Assembly: GCA_964456825.1 (NCBI GenBank)
Contig: CAYWCR010000002.1
Span: 30,411-94,410 of the forward strand
Length of the DNA: 64,000 nucleotides
Source: an uncultured Bacteroidales bacterium
GTDB lineage: Bacteria > Bacteroidota > Bacteroidia > Bacteroidales > UBA10428
Direction: 5' to 3'
The notes under the pieces: model-generated
The model's database searches: none
The model's input: only the letters and a program-made list of their open reading frames with translations
Told to the model about the DNA's origin: nothing
Translations under genes and position numbers: made by a program
Shown here: positions 27,476-38,500 of the stretch, piece after piece
How the letters are laid out: each line of letters opens with the position of its first letter
Position numbering within the stretch: position 1 is the first letter of the stretch

Positions 27476-30400
27476 CTAAAGTTGTATCACAACGCAGTTG
27501 TCCTGCTGATCCAGCATCGCCAAAAACTGATCAGCGGGAATAACAGCGCCGCCCTGCCGATATTTGTTTTCTTCAACCCTGAACCCGATATCTTTACCAT
27601 TAACCGATATCCCTTTGGGTCCATAGTTACTTGTTTTCACTTTATAAGTAAATGTTATAGTCCGACCCTTAAAATTCATTGAAGCAGCAAAATCATCTAA
27701 AGAATACGGAATAACGGGATCAATAATTATAGATCCGGATTCAGTCCTCAAACCAAGCAACCGTGAAACAATCAGGCTGATAAAAATACCCGGCCCGCTG
27801 GAATAAACCCGCCATCCCCCCTTTAGCGTAATTTGTCCCGTTTTTATTTCATCATAACGCTCATCCGCCTCATAACGATTTCTGAATGTTACATCTGAAC
27901 TGCTGTAATAACAATTTGCCTGGCGAATATCGCCACAGGGTACAATGTCCCTGTATGCAACCGGGATGGCCTGACGAAGGGCTTTCAGAAACGCAACTGC
28001 CCTGCCTGTAAGAGCGAGAGATTCTGCATAACGGATATGTTCATGCATATACATAAGGCCGATCTCACGGCCAAAGAATGTACTGCTTTCGGCTCGCTGA
28101 AAAAGGCTTTGAATACCTCCTTTGTATTTGAGGGGACGGTTCATCAGACGTGCGCCATCAGGGCCTTTCAGGTGCGCTTCAATGAGGTCCTGATGGTGCC
28201 GGGCCTGTTCCCTGGTAAATATTTCACTGATAATGCCCCGATTCATGGGCAATATGCTGTAATGAATATTGGTTTTGTTGTCGCATGGGTGAAGCAGCAA
28301 ACTGATGGTGCGGTCTTCCTCTACCAGGCCATATCCTGCAACCACCCCATCCCTTATCAGGTATTGGTTAAAATCCGCCTTGATCCTTTTACATATCGCT
28401 TTTAATTCTTTGGCCTTTCCGGTATTGCCTGTCTGCTCATACACCAGCTGATATTGTGCAAAGGACTGATAATTCATTTCTACCGTCCAGCTTGAAATCA
28501 TGCGCTGCGCCAGCTCCCTGCTGACCGGTTGCAGGGAATCGTTCCAGTCGCCGCCTCCGAATGGTACCAGAGCAGTGCCCCCGATAAATGAATCAACGAT
28601 CTTTTTAATGAGCCTGTCAACGTGTTCGCTGAGCATAGTTTTTTCAACCTTGCCGGCATCCTTTTCATAATAGGGCAGCATTTCGTTGAGTATTTTCAGA
28701 TCGCCGGTGACCTTTATATAATTGCTCAGTGCAATAATGCACCAATAAAATACATCTCCGTGGGAACTGTCAGCCCTGATATCTGAATAGCTGTCGAACA
28801 TCCACCATTGCGGCCATCCGCCATCCGGATTCTGGTTCGAGAACAGGATGCATAAGACCCTTCTGGCTTCATCATATTTTTCCATAGCAAGGAGCAGGTC
28901 AAAAGGCCCCTGGGCTACATCGCGCGTACCCCAGGCAGCCCCGCTGAATTGTTCCAATCCGTATGGTGTTAAATAATGGGTAATGGCATTCATTCCATAC
29001 CATGGGAGGATCTCCCGGATGGCAGCTGTATCAGCCTGACTTCCTTGCAGGGACAGGTTCTGGCACAAGTCCCTCCACACAGTCTGTGCGTCCCGGCAAT
29101 CTGAATGCCACTGGTTATCCGCGTCCGTAATCTTGTTTGCGTTGGCAAGAGAACATACTTCACCAATAAAACTCATGCAAAAATCATTGGTTTTACGCAC
29201 ATCAAAAATAAACAAGGAGCTGCCATGATTTTTATTATCGTTATAGAGCACTTCATCTCCGGCGGTTTTGTAATCACCATTCACATGGTTGACCATTATC
29301 CTGAATCGCGCCTGTGGAAACTTGCCGGCCATCATGCTATCTGTTTTTGGTTCAGCCACATATTCACCGGCCCCGTCACCCGGGAAGATTTTCCAGCCGT
29401 TGTTTTCATCAAAATGATGGGTAATCATCAGTCGTACATTTTTACCGCTGACAACTTTGAAATCCATATTAACCCGGGGTGCTTTTTTGGATGTCCAGGT
29501 GCGGACCTGAAAGCAGGAATCACCATGTTTATAGATCCACCGGCAATGATTTAAGCCAATCTCAAAAGCAGAAGGAACTCCAAGCAGATACTGACTTCCT
29601 TCAATCTCCACAAAGATCCGTTGTCCTTTTTCCAGGGCGAGATTAAATGGGCTTGAACAAATGGAAAGCAGTATATTAAAATTGGTATTACCCTGGGTAA
29701 GATGTGAATTGAAAACACCAAATGCAAAGGTATTTGTTGATACAATATTCTCATCCGGCACAAATCCTGCCTGAGCCTGCATAATATGTCCATGCGGGCG
29801 GTCAGTCATGGTTTCTTTGACACGCAGCATGACATGATTGTTTTGCCGGCTGAAAAAGGATAACAAATGACCATTTTCAGTTTCACCATGACGCCTCTCC
29901 GTTCCAAAGTAAGTGCTGAGTTCTGCATCACTCAAATCATCCACGGGTAGAAATTTCGCTGTATTGAATAAAGTTCTTACCGGAAGCATCAGTTCATGTG
30001 CATCCCGGGACCATATTTCCCCACCGAATTCATATATAAGATCAGCGATCCGGTTCAAATCATCTTCTGAGGTTGCCTGCGGGTGATCGGGTAAGTAAGT
30101 TGCGATAAAAGCACTTTTATGATAATTACCGGAGGACAGGTTAATTGGATTTTCCTGCAAGGCAAGAACTGACGATTCTCCCGAATATTCTCCTCCCGGT
30201 GAGTCTGCAAGCAGGCCTTCCGGAATGCCGGTTTCCCTGAATGATTTGCCATAAAACTGCATGCCATCAACACTTGCTGCTATGGCCCTGTTTTTACAAG
30301 CTATCATTATCCACGGATGGCCAACTGATTCCTTCATATTTTGACGACAGCACAGGACGGAGCCATGATGCTTATCTTCCAATATGCGTCGTTCAATATA

Positions 30401-30841
30401 CTGGCTTATATAATATTCATTGATCAATCCGGAAGTCACCGGTTTTAGCCCGACATCCTGCACATAAATCAAATCGAGTTCCCCTATATTGTCAGTATTA
30501 TTCTTCAGTTCAATACTCCATTGCCAGCTAAGGCTTTTTTCTGAGAGCTGCAATTCACACTTATAATCAATACCAGACCAACTGCCTTTGGCAATCATCC
30601 TATTTTCTCCAATGCTGAACCGGCTGTTACTTTCCGGCCCCAGCAGGGCAATGTATCCGAAGGGTTTCGTTCTTTTCCGCAGCCACAGGTTTGCTCCTGA
30701 TTTTGAAAAAGGGGTGGCAGCGGTAAGGCTGACGCCGATCGGGTCCGCTATAATTTGCTGAACCGAGCCATTTTCCATAAAATCAAAAGAAAGGCCCAGG
30801 GAATTCCTGATATTCATATTTTTATTTTCAGTCATCTTCAT
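27476..30841 (-). CDS. GH94-like glycoside phosphorylase, long form; candidate 1,2-beta-oligoglucan (sophoro-oligosaccharide) phosphorylase
   Basis: 1121 aa, no signal peptide. GGGDWNDSL motif typical of the GH94 catalytic domain. The size matches the ~1100-aa 1,2-beta-oligoglucan phosphorylases rather than the ~800-aa cellobiose/chitobiose phosphorylases. GH144-like genes lie in the same operon. Confidence 0.6.
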   Translation of the reverse strand: MKMTENKNMNIRNSLGLSFDFMENGSVQQIIADPIGVSLTAATPFSKSGANLWLRKRTKPFGYIALLGPESNSRFSIGENRMIAKGSWSGIDYKCELQLSEKSLSWQWSIELKNNTDNIGELDLIYVQDVGLKPVTSGLINEYYISQYIERRILEDKHHGSVLCCRQNMKESVGHPWIMIACKNRAIAASVDGMQFYGKSFRETGIPEGLLADSPGGEYSGESSVLALQENPINLSSGNYHKSAFIATYLPDHPQATSEDDLNRIADLIYEFGGEIWSRDAHELMLPVRTLFNTAKFLPVDDLSDAELSTYFGTERRHGETENGHLLSFFSRQNNHVMLRVKETMTDRPHGHIMQAQAGFVPDENIVSTNTFAFGVFNSHLTQGNTNFNILLSICSSPFNLALEKGQRIFVEIEGSQYLLGVPSAFEIGLNHCRWIYKHGDSCFQVRTWTSKKAPRVNMDFKVVSGKNVRLMITHHFDENNGWKIFPGDGAGEYVAEPKTDSMMAGKFPQARFRIMVNHVNGDYKTAGDEVLYNDNKNHGSSLFIFDVRKTNDFCMSFIGEVCSLANANKITDADNQWHSDCRDAQTVWRDLCQNLSLQGSQADTAAIREILPWYGMNAITHYLTPYGLEQFSGAAWGTRDVAQGPFDLLLAMEKYDEARRVLCILFSNQNPDGGWPQWWMFDSYSDIRADSSHGDVFYWCIIALSNYIKVTGDLKILNEMLPYYEKDAGKVEKTMLSEHVDRLIKKIVDSFIGGTALVPFGGGDWNDSLQPVSRELAQRMISSWTVEMNYQSFAQYQLVYEQTGNTGKAKELKAICKRIKADFNQYLIRDGVVAGYGLVEEDRTISLLLHPCDNKTNIHYSILPMNRGIISEIFTREQARHHQDLIEAHLKGPDGARLMNRPLKYKGGIQSLFQRAESSTFFGREIGLMYMHEHIRYAESLALTGRAVAFLKALRQAIPVAYRDIVPCGDIRQANCYYSSSDVTFRNRYEADERYDEIKTGQITLKGGWRVYSSGPGIFISLIVSRLLGLRTESGSIIIDPVIPYSLDDFAASMNFKGRTITFTYKVKTSNYGPKGISVNGKDIGFRVEENKYRQGGAVIPADQFLAMLDQQDNCVVIQL

Positions 30842-30932
30842 TATTTTTCAATTTGTCGGTATTCCCGATCAGGGGTAACAGGGTTTGACCCATATTACCT
30901 CACAGCTGCCCGTTGGAAGGAATGGGTGAGGT

Positions 30933-33365
30933 TCAGGCCAATGTAACAGCCAGCATAATTTCTTTTTTATATTCGTGACTGTAACGCAATACAATTCGTT
31001 TATCGTCACGAATTATTTCAACTGATCTGCCGGCAATAGTTGCTGCATTGATTTTACTGACATCCGGGCCTTCAAAGACTATCTCACCGGTCAGATCACG
31101 ATCTCCGAAAAGGGAGATCTCAAGCTGACCATCCCTGTTTATTACATGGAGAATATCAGAGGTGCAGTGCAGAATTTTTAGTCCATCCGTTATTTCCATG
31201 CCCACCGGGGTCAATACCCCATATAATGCAGGCCAATGCATCTCTTCCTGCAGGTACGGGATGGTGATAATTTCGCCGGTTTCAGGATGCGTATAGGCAA
31301 TTTTGACGGTTTGTTCTTCATTGTAGTAATTCCCAATGAAAAGAACTGCCGTATTGTTGTCTGTAAAGCGTTCCCTTACCGTGATATGATCATTGCCGGC
31401 AGATGCGTGTCTGAGTTTAGCGCCTGATCTTTTCAACAATGATCCAAAAACTGCTTTATGCCCTTCGGTATCAAATCCTGTCCATGTTCCCAGGTGAATC
31501 AGGGAGCCTTTTCCAAGTTTCACAGAAAATCCACACGCTTTGTCATGCAACGTCCTGGCAATGATCTCCGCGCCATAGAGGGATTCTTCAGCAAAGGTGA
31601 ACTGAGGATTTGCGCACTTGATATCTTTCAGGTCAAGGATATCGATCAACGGAGAATCGATGATCTCTTTTCCGGAGGGCGACAATAAAAGAGCATCCCG
31701 AATGACTGTGCATGTTCTCTGTGACATTTCGCGATCGGGCAGATAAGGAAACAGAACAACATTACCGCCGGCTCTGGCATAATCAACAATGGTCTGCTGA
31801 TCCCCGGCATTCATTTCGTCCGTGGTGAATGCCCACACCTGTTTGTAAGCAAGCAATGCATCCGCAGCAGTCTTGCTCAGGTCAACCATATCATAATCGG
31901 TATTCAGCACCTGAAGTACTTTCAGCAATCCGTCAAAGTAAGCCGGCCGGCGGATTGCAGAAGGCGTGAATTGAAGTTCACATGCTCCGTCAACAGGTCT
32001 TTCCAGTTCGGTTGCATAATAGGGGGGATAGAAAAGTACGCACACTTCAGCCTTGGTTTTCGCATTAACGATAAGGCTTTCGCAGGTTTTTACCAGGTTA
32101 CTCATTCTGTTAATCAGTGAAAAGGCGCCGGTTCTTTCACCTTCAGCGGTAAGGGGAGTGAACCAGTAAAAGGTTTCTCCTGAATAGCCTTTATGCCTCG
32201 CATTGCGCCCCTGTGAAAACATATAGTAGTTCCAGCCGGTCAGGCCATTGGCAATGCTTGCCTTGTAGAATAGTTCCATCTCACGCGGATTGGGTACCAC
32301 ATGATATTCACGGGAACCGCTCTGAAACTCTGCTGCAAAAAGCGGTTTGTTCCCCTGCATGGCCTTTGTAATATCATTAATGATCCGGTCATCGTGCATA
32401 TTGCGGTATGATAAGAATTCCGGAATATGATCGACACCAAAGATGATCTCACTCCTGTCGCGGAACAGATCTTCATACATGGTGATGTTAACCGGAAATT
32501 CATAACCGTGACCATAGATCCATCCGGGAAGGTTATGGTACAGCGGAACGGTTACCCCTCTTTCTCTTGCCATCCTGCTCAGTTTTCTCAGGTAGTCGCC
32601 ATAATAAGTTCTCCAGAAACAGTGCCATTCATAATCACGGCCACGATCCTCCCTTGATGCATAGGGAATCTTGCCATCCGGAGGCAGTTCCACCCTGGAA
32701 AAGTCCTGGTATGCTGTTCCCCAATGTTTATTCAATTCAGCAATACCTGCAAACCTGCCGGATAAATAAGAAATGAAATGCTCCTTCACGGCGTTGCCAT
32801 AGTCTCCCTGCTTAGCTAACCAGGAGAATACACCGATCTCGTTGCATATCTGCATCATAATGACCGGACCACCGGCTGATATCTGGCGTTCACGGATAAT
32901 GGGTATTATCTTGTCATACCACAGGGTTACCTTCTCCAGATATTTTTTATTGAACAGGCTGACTCCGTCGCTTTGAACTGTTTCACCTTTGCGGTTGCGC
33001 ATTTTAACCTCATCGCCATACCGATCCAGGAACCAGTCAGGAATTCCTGCCCCCCGGAACTCAGCCAGAATAAAGGGTCCTGGTTTTACAATGCAAAACA
33101 ATCCATGAGCCTGGCATCGTTGAAGCCAGCCTTTAAGATCGCATTCCGGGGATGAGGTGCCTTCAAAATCAAAAACCTGCTCTTTGGATTCGTGCCATGC
33201 CCATGGAACATAGGTGCTGACTGTTGTTAAACCAGCCTCCCTTGCAGCCTCCAGATGCCTGTCCCATAGCCCGCGTTTAATCCTGAAATAATGGATTTCT
33301 CCTGAATTAAGAAATACCTTATGGTTGTCAAGGTAAAAACTGCCGTCCTTTATATGAAATGTCAT
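30933..33365 (-). CDS. GH35-family protein without signal peptide (annotatable as beta-galactosidase; specificity doubtful)
   Basis: N-terminal GH35 pattern FYLDNHKVFLNSGEIHYFRI...W.DRL...GLTTVSTYVPWAWHE...FDF.G..DL..WL...GLFCIVKPGPFILAEFRGAGIPDWF. Putative acid/base in MQICNEIG and nucleophile region AAEFQSG. Confidence 0.7.
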   Translation of the reverse strand: MTFHIKDGSFYLDNHKVFLNSGEIHYFRIKRGLWDRHLEAAREAGLTTVSTYVPWAWHESKEQVFDFEGTSSPECDLKGWLQRCQAHGLFCIVKPGPFILAEFRGAGIPDWFLDRYGDEVKMRNRKGETVQSDGVSLFNKKYLEKVTLWYDKIIPIIRERQISAGGPVIMMQICNEIGVFSWLAKQGDYGNAVKEHFISYLSGRFAGIAELNKHWGTAYQDFSRVELPPDGKIPYASREDRGRDYEWHCFWRTYYGDYLRKLSRMARERGVTVPLYHNLPGWIYGHGYEFPVNITMYEDLFRDRSEIIFGVDHIPEFLSYRNMHDDRIINDITKAMQGNKPLFAAEFQSGSREYHVVPNPREMELFYKASIANGLTGWNYYMFSQGRNARHKGYSGETFYWFTPLTAEGERTGAFSLINRMSNLVKTCESLIVNAKTKAEVCVLFYPPYYATELERPVDGACELQFTPSAIRRPAYFDGLLKVLQVLNTDYDMVDLSKTAADALLAYKQVWAFTTDEMNAGDQQTIVDYARAGGNVVLFPYLPDREMSQRTCTVIRDALLLSPSGKEIIDSPLIDILDLKDIKCANPQFTFAEESLYGAEIIARTLHDKACGFSVKLGKGSLIHLGTWTGFDTEGHKAVFGSLLKRSGAKLRHASAGNDHITVRERFTDNNTAVLFIGNYYNEEQTVKIAYTHPETGEIITIPYLQEEMHWPALYGVLTPVGMEITDGLKILHCTSDILHVINRDGQLEISLFGDRDLTGEIVFEGPDVSKINAATIAGRSVEIIRDDKRIVLRYSHEYKKEIMLAVTLA

Positions 33366-33412
33366 TTCAGTGTTTTTTCTATTTAAGCAATTGCGGATTC
33401 TGTTGTTTTTCC

Positions 33413-35515
33413 CTAATTCTTTATATTCTCCGAGTTCCTTTGCCGGAGCTGTTCCTTGATTTCATGGCTTCGTTTTTCGGTAAGGGAGTACCGGAGGACA
33501 AACAATAAAGATAAGAGCATCAATAAAAGCGGTAGTCCTATTTCAACCACCCGCATCATTAAAAGGGTATAAGGTGTTTGCTTTGTAAGCAGTTTGATTT
33601 CGCTTTCAATCACTCCGAACTCCTGATCCAGTGAGATTAATGATGAGGTGGTTCTCAGTTTTGCTAGCTTGTCATTTATCGCTGTGATTTTCTGCATGAG
33701 CAGATTGTAATGGCTGATACTTTTCATTTTTTTCATCATTCTGCTCCCACTGGATTTTTCATGCAGGTGCAATCTGAGCATCCGGGAATTAATCCTTGCC
33801 TTTTCAAGTTTGGTTTGGAGTGTCAGGGGGATCGCTTTTTCAACGAAAGCATGAATAAGGGAATCAGGGGTAGGCTCCGGGCCCGGATTCTCAAAGTCTG
33901 ACTTAAGCTGTGTCAGGCCGGCAACAGCTGACTTTGTATTGGACAGTGCAAGTAACAACAGGTCTTTCTTCTGGTTTACAACTTCAGTCGGGTCTGCCTG
34001 TTCCGGTTTTTTAGCCAGTTCCTTTTCAAGGTAAATCGCATATTCTTTAGACTCCTCAAGCGCTTCACTGGTCTGAATCCCTGCTTCTTCAAACCATACC
34101 TTATTGGCGGTGGCGATTCCCTGATAGCCTTGCCAGTAATGAACCCTGCTGCGTATTTCCCGGATACTACCCTGCAAGCTATCGACTTTGGTGACCTGGG
34201 TTTCGTCAAACATGGTAAAAACGATCAGCGCGCCTGCTACAAAACTTGCCAGGGCGGTACCCATCTTTATGAACCACCAGAATATGGCATAATAACTTCC
34301 CTCGGACCGGTGGCCGGTCTTTAATTCATCTTCATCACAAATGTCACCCACCATGGAAGATCCCAGCGTAAAAAAGAAAAGCATGCCGGCAGAAAGAAGC
34401 ATGGTAGGAATAATGATCAGGTAAGGATGTTGAGGGTTGTAGCATATTATCTTGGAAAGCTGTGCCAGGCACATCAGCACCATAGCCGTAATGAGCGTAT
34501 TCCGTTTCCCCATTTTAGGGCTTATCCAGTTCAGCGGAAAGACTGCCAGCACTCCCGTAATGGCCCATACCGTGCCGTTAATGCCAAGCAGCCTGGCACC
34601 GGCAACTTTGTCCCCACCAAAGACATAAAAAATAGGGATATAAGATCCTAGCAGCTGTACAAAATTAAAACCCATGGCAAGGGTGAAAATAGTTAGCGTC
34701 AGCATAACAAAATTCTTATTGGATATAACTATTTTCATATCCTTCCAGAAGGGTGTTTTATCCTGCTTTTCAACTTTAATGAATCCTGGTTCGCGCAATT
34801 TGAAGAACCACCAGAAAGAGAGTGGAATGATGATGGCCGCGATCATTATAGAAACATAGCGCATACCATCGGCCTCATTGCCACCGGTACCTCTGAATGC
34901 TTCTGTGCTGGCCAGTGCAAAAAGCCAGGGAGTGCTCATGGCAAAAAGATTACCAACAAAGCTCTTGGCGCTGAAAAGACGGGTGCGCTCGTGGTAATCT
35001 GTTGTCATCTCCATGCCAAGCGCACCATGAGGTATCTCAAAGATATTAACGGCGGTGAAAAAGAGCAGGAGCGAAAAAAGAATATAGGAAAGCTGAAACC
35101 ATTGAAAGCCTGATTCTGTCGGAAACCATGTACGTACCATATCCCCTTTGGGGATCCACCACATGACGACAAAAAACAGCGCAACCAGTATTCCGCCTAC
35201 CAGCAGATAGGGACGCCGGCGCCCCCAGCGTGTCCGGGTATTATCAGAGAGATGGCCAATGATGGGATCAGAAAGGGCATCCCACAAACGGGGTATAATT
35301 AAGATAACACCCAGCCAAAAAGCACTAAGCCCCAGGCTTATGTTTCCCATTAATCCTACGAGAATCCCGGCTATATTAAAAAGGGCAATGGGAATAATGC
35401 CTCCTGCTCCATATGCAGCTAACTGAGAAAAAGAAATACTGTTTTCCCTTTTTGTTTTTTGATCCGTGCTTTTTTCCTGGTCTTTCATGAAAGTAATTGT
35501 TGATGCATAACTCAA
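33413..35515 (-). CDS. GPH-family (glycoside-pentoside-hexuronide) MFS sugar:cation symporter with large insertion before the last TM helix
   Basis: GPH motifs RLWDALSDPIIG and TRWGRRRPY. Eleven TM helices in aa 30-436, then a ~210-aa hydrophilic helical segment, then one more TM (aa ~650-676). The start overlaps the upstream gene stop by 4 nt. Confidence 0.75.
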   Translation of the reverse strand: MSYASTITFMKDQEKSTDQKTKRENSISFSQLAAYGAGGIIPIALFNIAGILVGLMGNISLGLSAFWLGVILIIPRLWDALSDPIIGHLSDNTRTRWGRRRPYLLVGGILVALFFVVMWWIPKGDMVRTWFPTESGFQWFQLSYILFSLLLFFTAVNIFEIPHGALGMEMTTDYHERTRLFSAKSFVGNLFAMSTPWLFALASTEAFRGTGGNEADGMRYVSIMIAAIIIPLSFWWFFKLREPGFIKVEKQDKTPFWKDMKIVISNKNFVMLTLTIFTLAMGFNFVQLLGSYIPIFYVFGGDKVAGARLLGINGTVWAITGVLAVFPLNWISPKMGKRNTLITAMVLMCLAQLSKIICYNPQHPYLIIIPTMLLSAGMLFFFTLGSSMVGDICDEDELKTGHRSEGSYYAIFWWFIKMGTALASFVAGALIVFTMFDETQVTKVDSLQGSIREIRSRVHYWQGYQGIATANKVWFEEAGIQTSEALEESKEYAIYLEKELAKKPEQADPTEVVNQKKDLLLLALSNTKSAVAGLTQLKSDFENPGPEPTPDSLIHAFVEKAIPLTLQTKLEKARINSRMLRLHLHEKSSGSRMMKKMKSISHYNLLMQKITAINDKLAKLRTTSSLISLDQEFGVIESEIKLLTKQTPYTLLMMRVVEIGLPLLLMLLSLLFVLRYSLTEKRSHEIKEQLRQRNSENIKN

Positions 35516-38500
35516 TAGGAAATCAATACCACTGCAGGAAATTCATATACCGTAATTTCCTTTTCATTAAAATCACTTATTTCATTTCCGTTAACGGTCA
35601 CTTTTGCAGGAAGCCTTGACCCGTTAAAGTTTTTGATTTTGATCCCTCCTGCAGGAAGTTCTAAATCCCCTGAAATTGAAAAGAGATATTGATTGAACTC
35701 TTTTTTTATCGAGTATGAAATCTCACCGTAGTAAGTTGGCAGGTTCTCAACCGACATTCCTTCCTGCGCGTCAATCCAGTCCTGATAAAGTGCAGAAGCC
35801 AGCACAAGTGAATGATCGTATTCGTTTTCATAAACAAACATATTCCGTATGGCATTTATAAAATCACTGCCACACCAGGTATGCGGCATATCTCCGATAT
35901 AACGGGGAATGCGGTAATCTTTCCAGACAACCTCAGCCCAGTGATGCCATCCTTTCGGACGCCGGTCGTTCAGAAAATAATCCATTAACGCATGCGCTCT
36001 TTCGGGTTGATCCAGCATAATAAATGAACCGATCAACCGGTTTTCATAAGGAGTGTAATTGGTCCATTCAGTTTTTCCATCTCTCCTGTTTAAGAAAAAC
36101 TCATAATACTTATCAAAGGTGTTGTACACCTGTGGCTTTGGCAGGTTATTGAGTTCGTTGCAAGGGGTCAGTGCTATGGTGGTTGAGGTTGCATCGAAAT
36201 CTCCAAGCTCCACACATCCGGGAATGTAATCTATTTTCCGGGTCTTCATGGCAAGCTGCAGCGAGCTGTAAAGATTTTCCCTGAATGTATCGCGGATCTT
36301 TTTTAATCTTTCATAAGCTTCGGTTTCACCCAGTATTTGTTGAATTTCAGTGGCATCTTTCAGCCCTTTCATCGTAAAGAAATTATCCCAGTATGAGTGC
36401 ATCGGTTTAGCGGAATATCCTTCATGACTGATTGATTCCGTAACCAGACCATAATAAGAGCGCACACTGTCGTTCCCGGATTTAAAATGATCGGTCGATC
36501 TTTCGGCTATCAATGATTCGATGTAACCGACAGCCATTAATATATGGTTGTTTTTTGATCTTAAAAAAGCCGTATCCTTCGTGAAGTTGAAATATTCCCG
36601 GATCAGATAGATCAATTCCCCATGGCTGTCGTTTTCGGGCACGGGATCCGGGCCTCTGAAATCAACCACGCAGGGGACTTTGCCGTTTTCATACTGATAC
36701 CGGGTATACCAGTCAATGAAATCCTTAACTTCCTCCACGATGCCGGATTTAAGAAGCGCAGACGAGGTCAATGCACCGTCGCGTATCCAGCTTCGTTCGT
36801 AAGAGCGCGATCCGGGTTGTATGCCTGCATTATCTCTGTTGATCAGTATATATACAAGATTGGATTTGTAAGTATGGATAATCTGGTCTGCTGATTCCGG
36901 TAAATTGAATTTGATATGATTTACTTTCTCTCTCCAGAAATCAGTTGCTATAATGCATTCTTCCGAAGAACTTTCAAAAACAGGGATTGCTGCTGTTATC
37001 TTTTTTTCATAAAAGGGGACAACCACAAAGAATCCGGTATGTTCGTCCGGATTCAGCTGTAATGAATATTTCATCACGCCCTGAGCCAGTCCGCTTTGAT
37101 CATAAGCCATTTTGTCCCGGGGAATATTTCCGCTGCGCAAAAGGTCAACTAAATTTCCCTGATCAAAATTACCGGCCCCGAAGGCATCATATTTCCTTTG
37201 AGGCAGCACCATTTTATCATCGACCAGCAAAAATTTGCCATCCTCTTCTTTAATGGAATGTATTTTGCCAACACCCCCGGAAAGATTCAGAAACTGGTAG
37301 GTAGGATTAACCTGAAACGGGCGAATCAGCAAATAAAATTCAAAATCAATGCGACGGTCAGCAAGATTTTTAAAGGTATAGCCTATATTAAGCTTCGAAT
37401 TCGCGTTTGCCTCTCCGCCCGAAATTACGGATATGGTAAATTCGAAATCGTCACATTGCCAGGTAACAGCGGGAACAAAAGAAAATTCATTACCATATTC
37501 AGGGGTGCCCATGGATTGAACTGATTTCACATTGTTCCAGTGAATGAGAGAATCGCCTGTTTTTATCATGGGTTCGATGGAAAACAAGGCTTTGTCAACC
37601 TCAACCATCCCATCTTCGTTTATCAGTGCTTCCTTAACGTCATTGTTAACCCCTGTAATTGTCCAAAAAGAAGCCTGCTCTGAAAAGTATCTCGGATAAT
37701 TTCCGGCCGGTGAATGCTTGGCAGCATAGATCAGAAAATCATTCTGTGTCAACGAATTGTTGACATTCAGCCATTTCATTTCAGCGATACCGAATCCTTT
37801 CTCAGAACAGCTTTCTGTAAGGCTTATCTTTACATATTTTGCTTCCGCTTCGGGTAACCGTATAAAACTGAAATTACTTTTATTTGCCTGTACGGAATAA
37901 ACTTTATCCCAGGTCTTGCTGTCATCCGATAACAGTATATCAAAGCTTTTGGCATAATAATCCTTCAGCCATCTGATCTGTAAACCACCAAATTCCCTGC
38001 GTGATCTAAAGTCAATAATAATATCCTGGACCTTCACTCCATGGCTTTGCCAGCATGTTTCATCGGAATGGTCGGCCATTAAATCGGGTGGATGATGCTT
38101 TAAAAATGATGACGCTTTAATAGCCGGATCCGGATAAGATTGTGTTTCGGGTGGAAGCTCTTCAAATTTCAGGTTGTCAATCCAGAGGGTGCCTTTGCCT
38201 CCAACCCATGATGCCACCGTAAATTCGATCCTGTCAATTCGCTTTAAGCTTTGATCTGTCGCTGGTCCCCAGGCAAAACTGATATGCCTTTTTTTGATCC
38301 GTATTTTTTTCCAGTTTGAAGGGAAAATAAAGTTGCGGTTGTTAACCCACCAGACATTGTTTCCTGTGCTGTCAATAAATTTAATTTCAAAATTGTTGGC
38401 AGGTGATTCAGCTTTTACATCAAAAGTAAATTCAAAGTTATCGGGAAGGTCAATTGGGAAAAGCTTCTGTATTCCGCCGTAACCGGTTCCTTTGGTGAAA

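Noticed and set aside
30842-30932. Hairpin ACCTCAC...GTGAGGT between the GH35-like and GH94-like genes
   Set aside because: The stem is only 7 bp with a ~24-nt loop and no T-run. This is too weak to call a terminator or a riboswitch.
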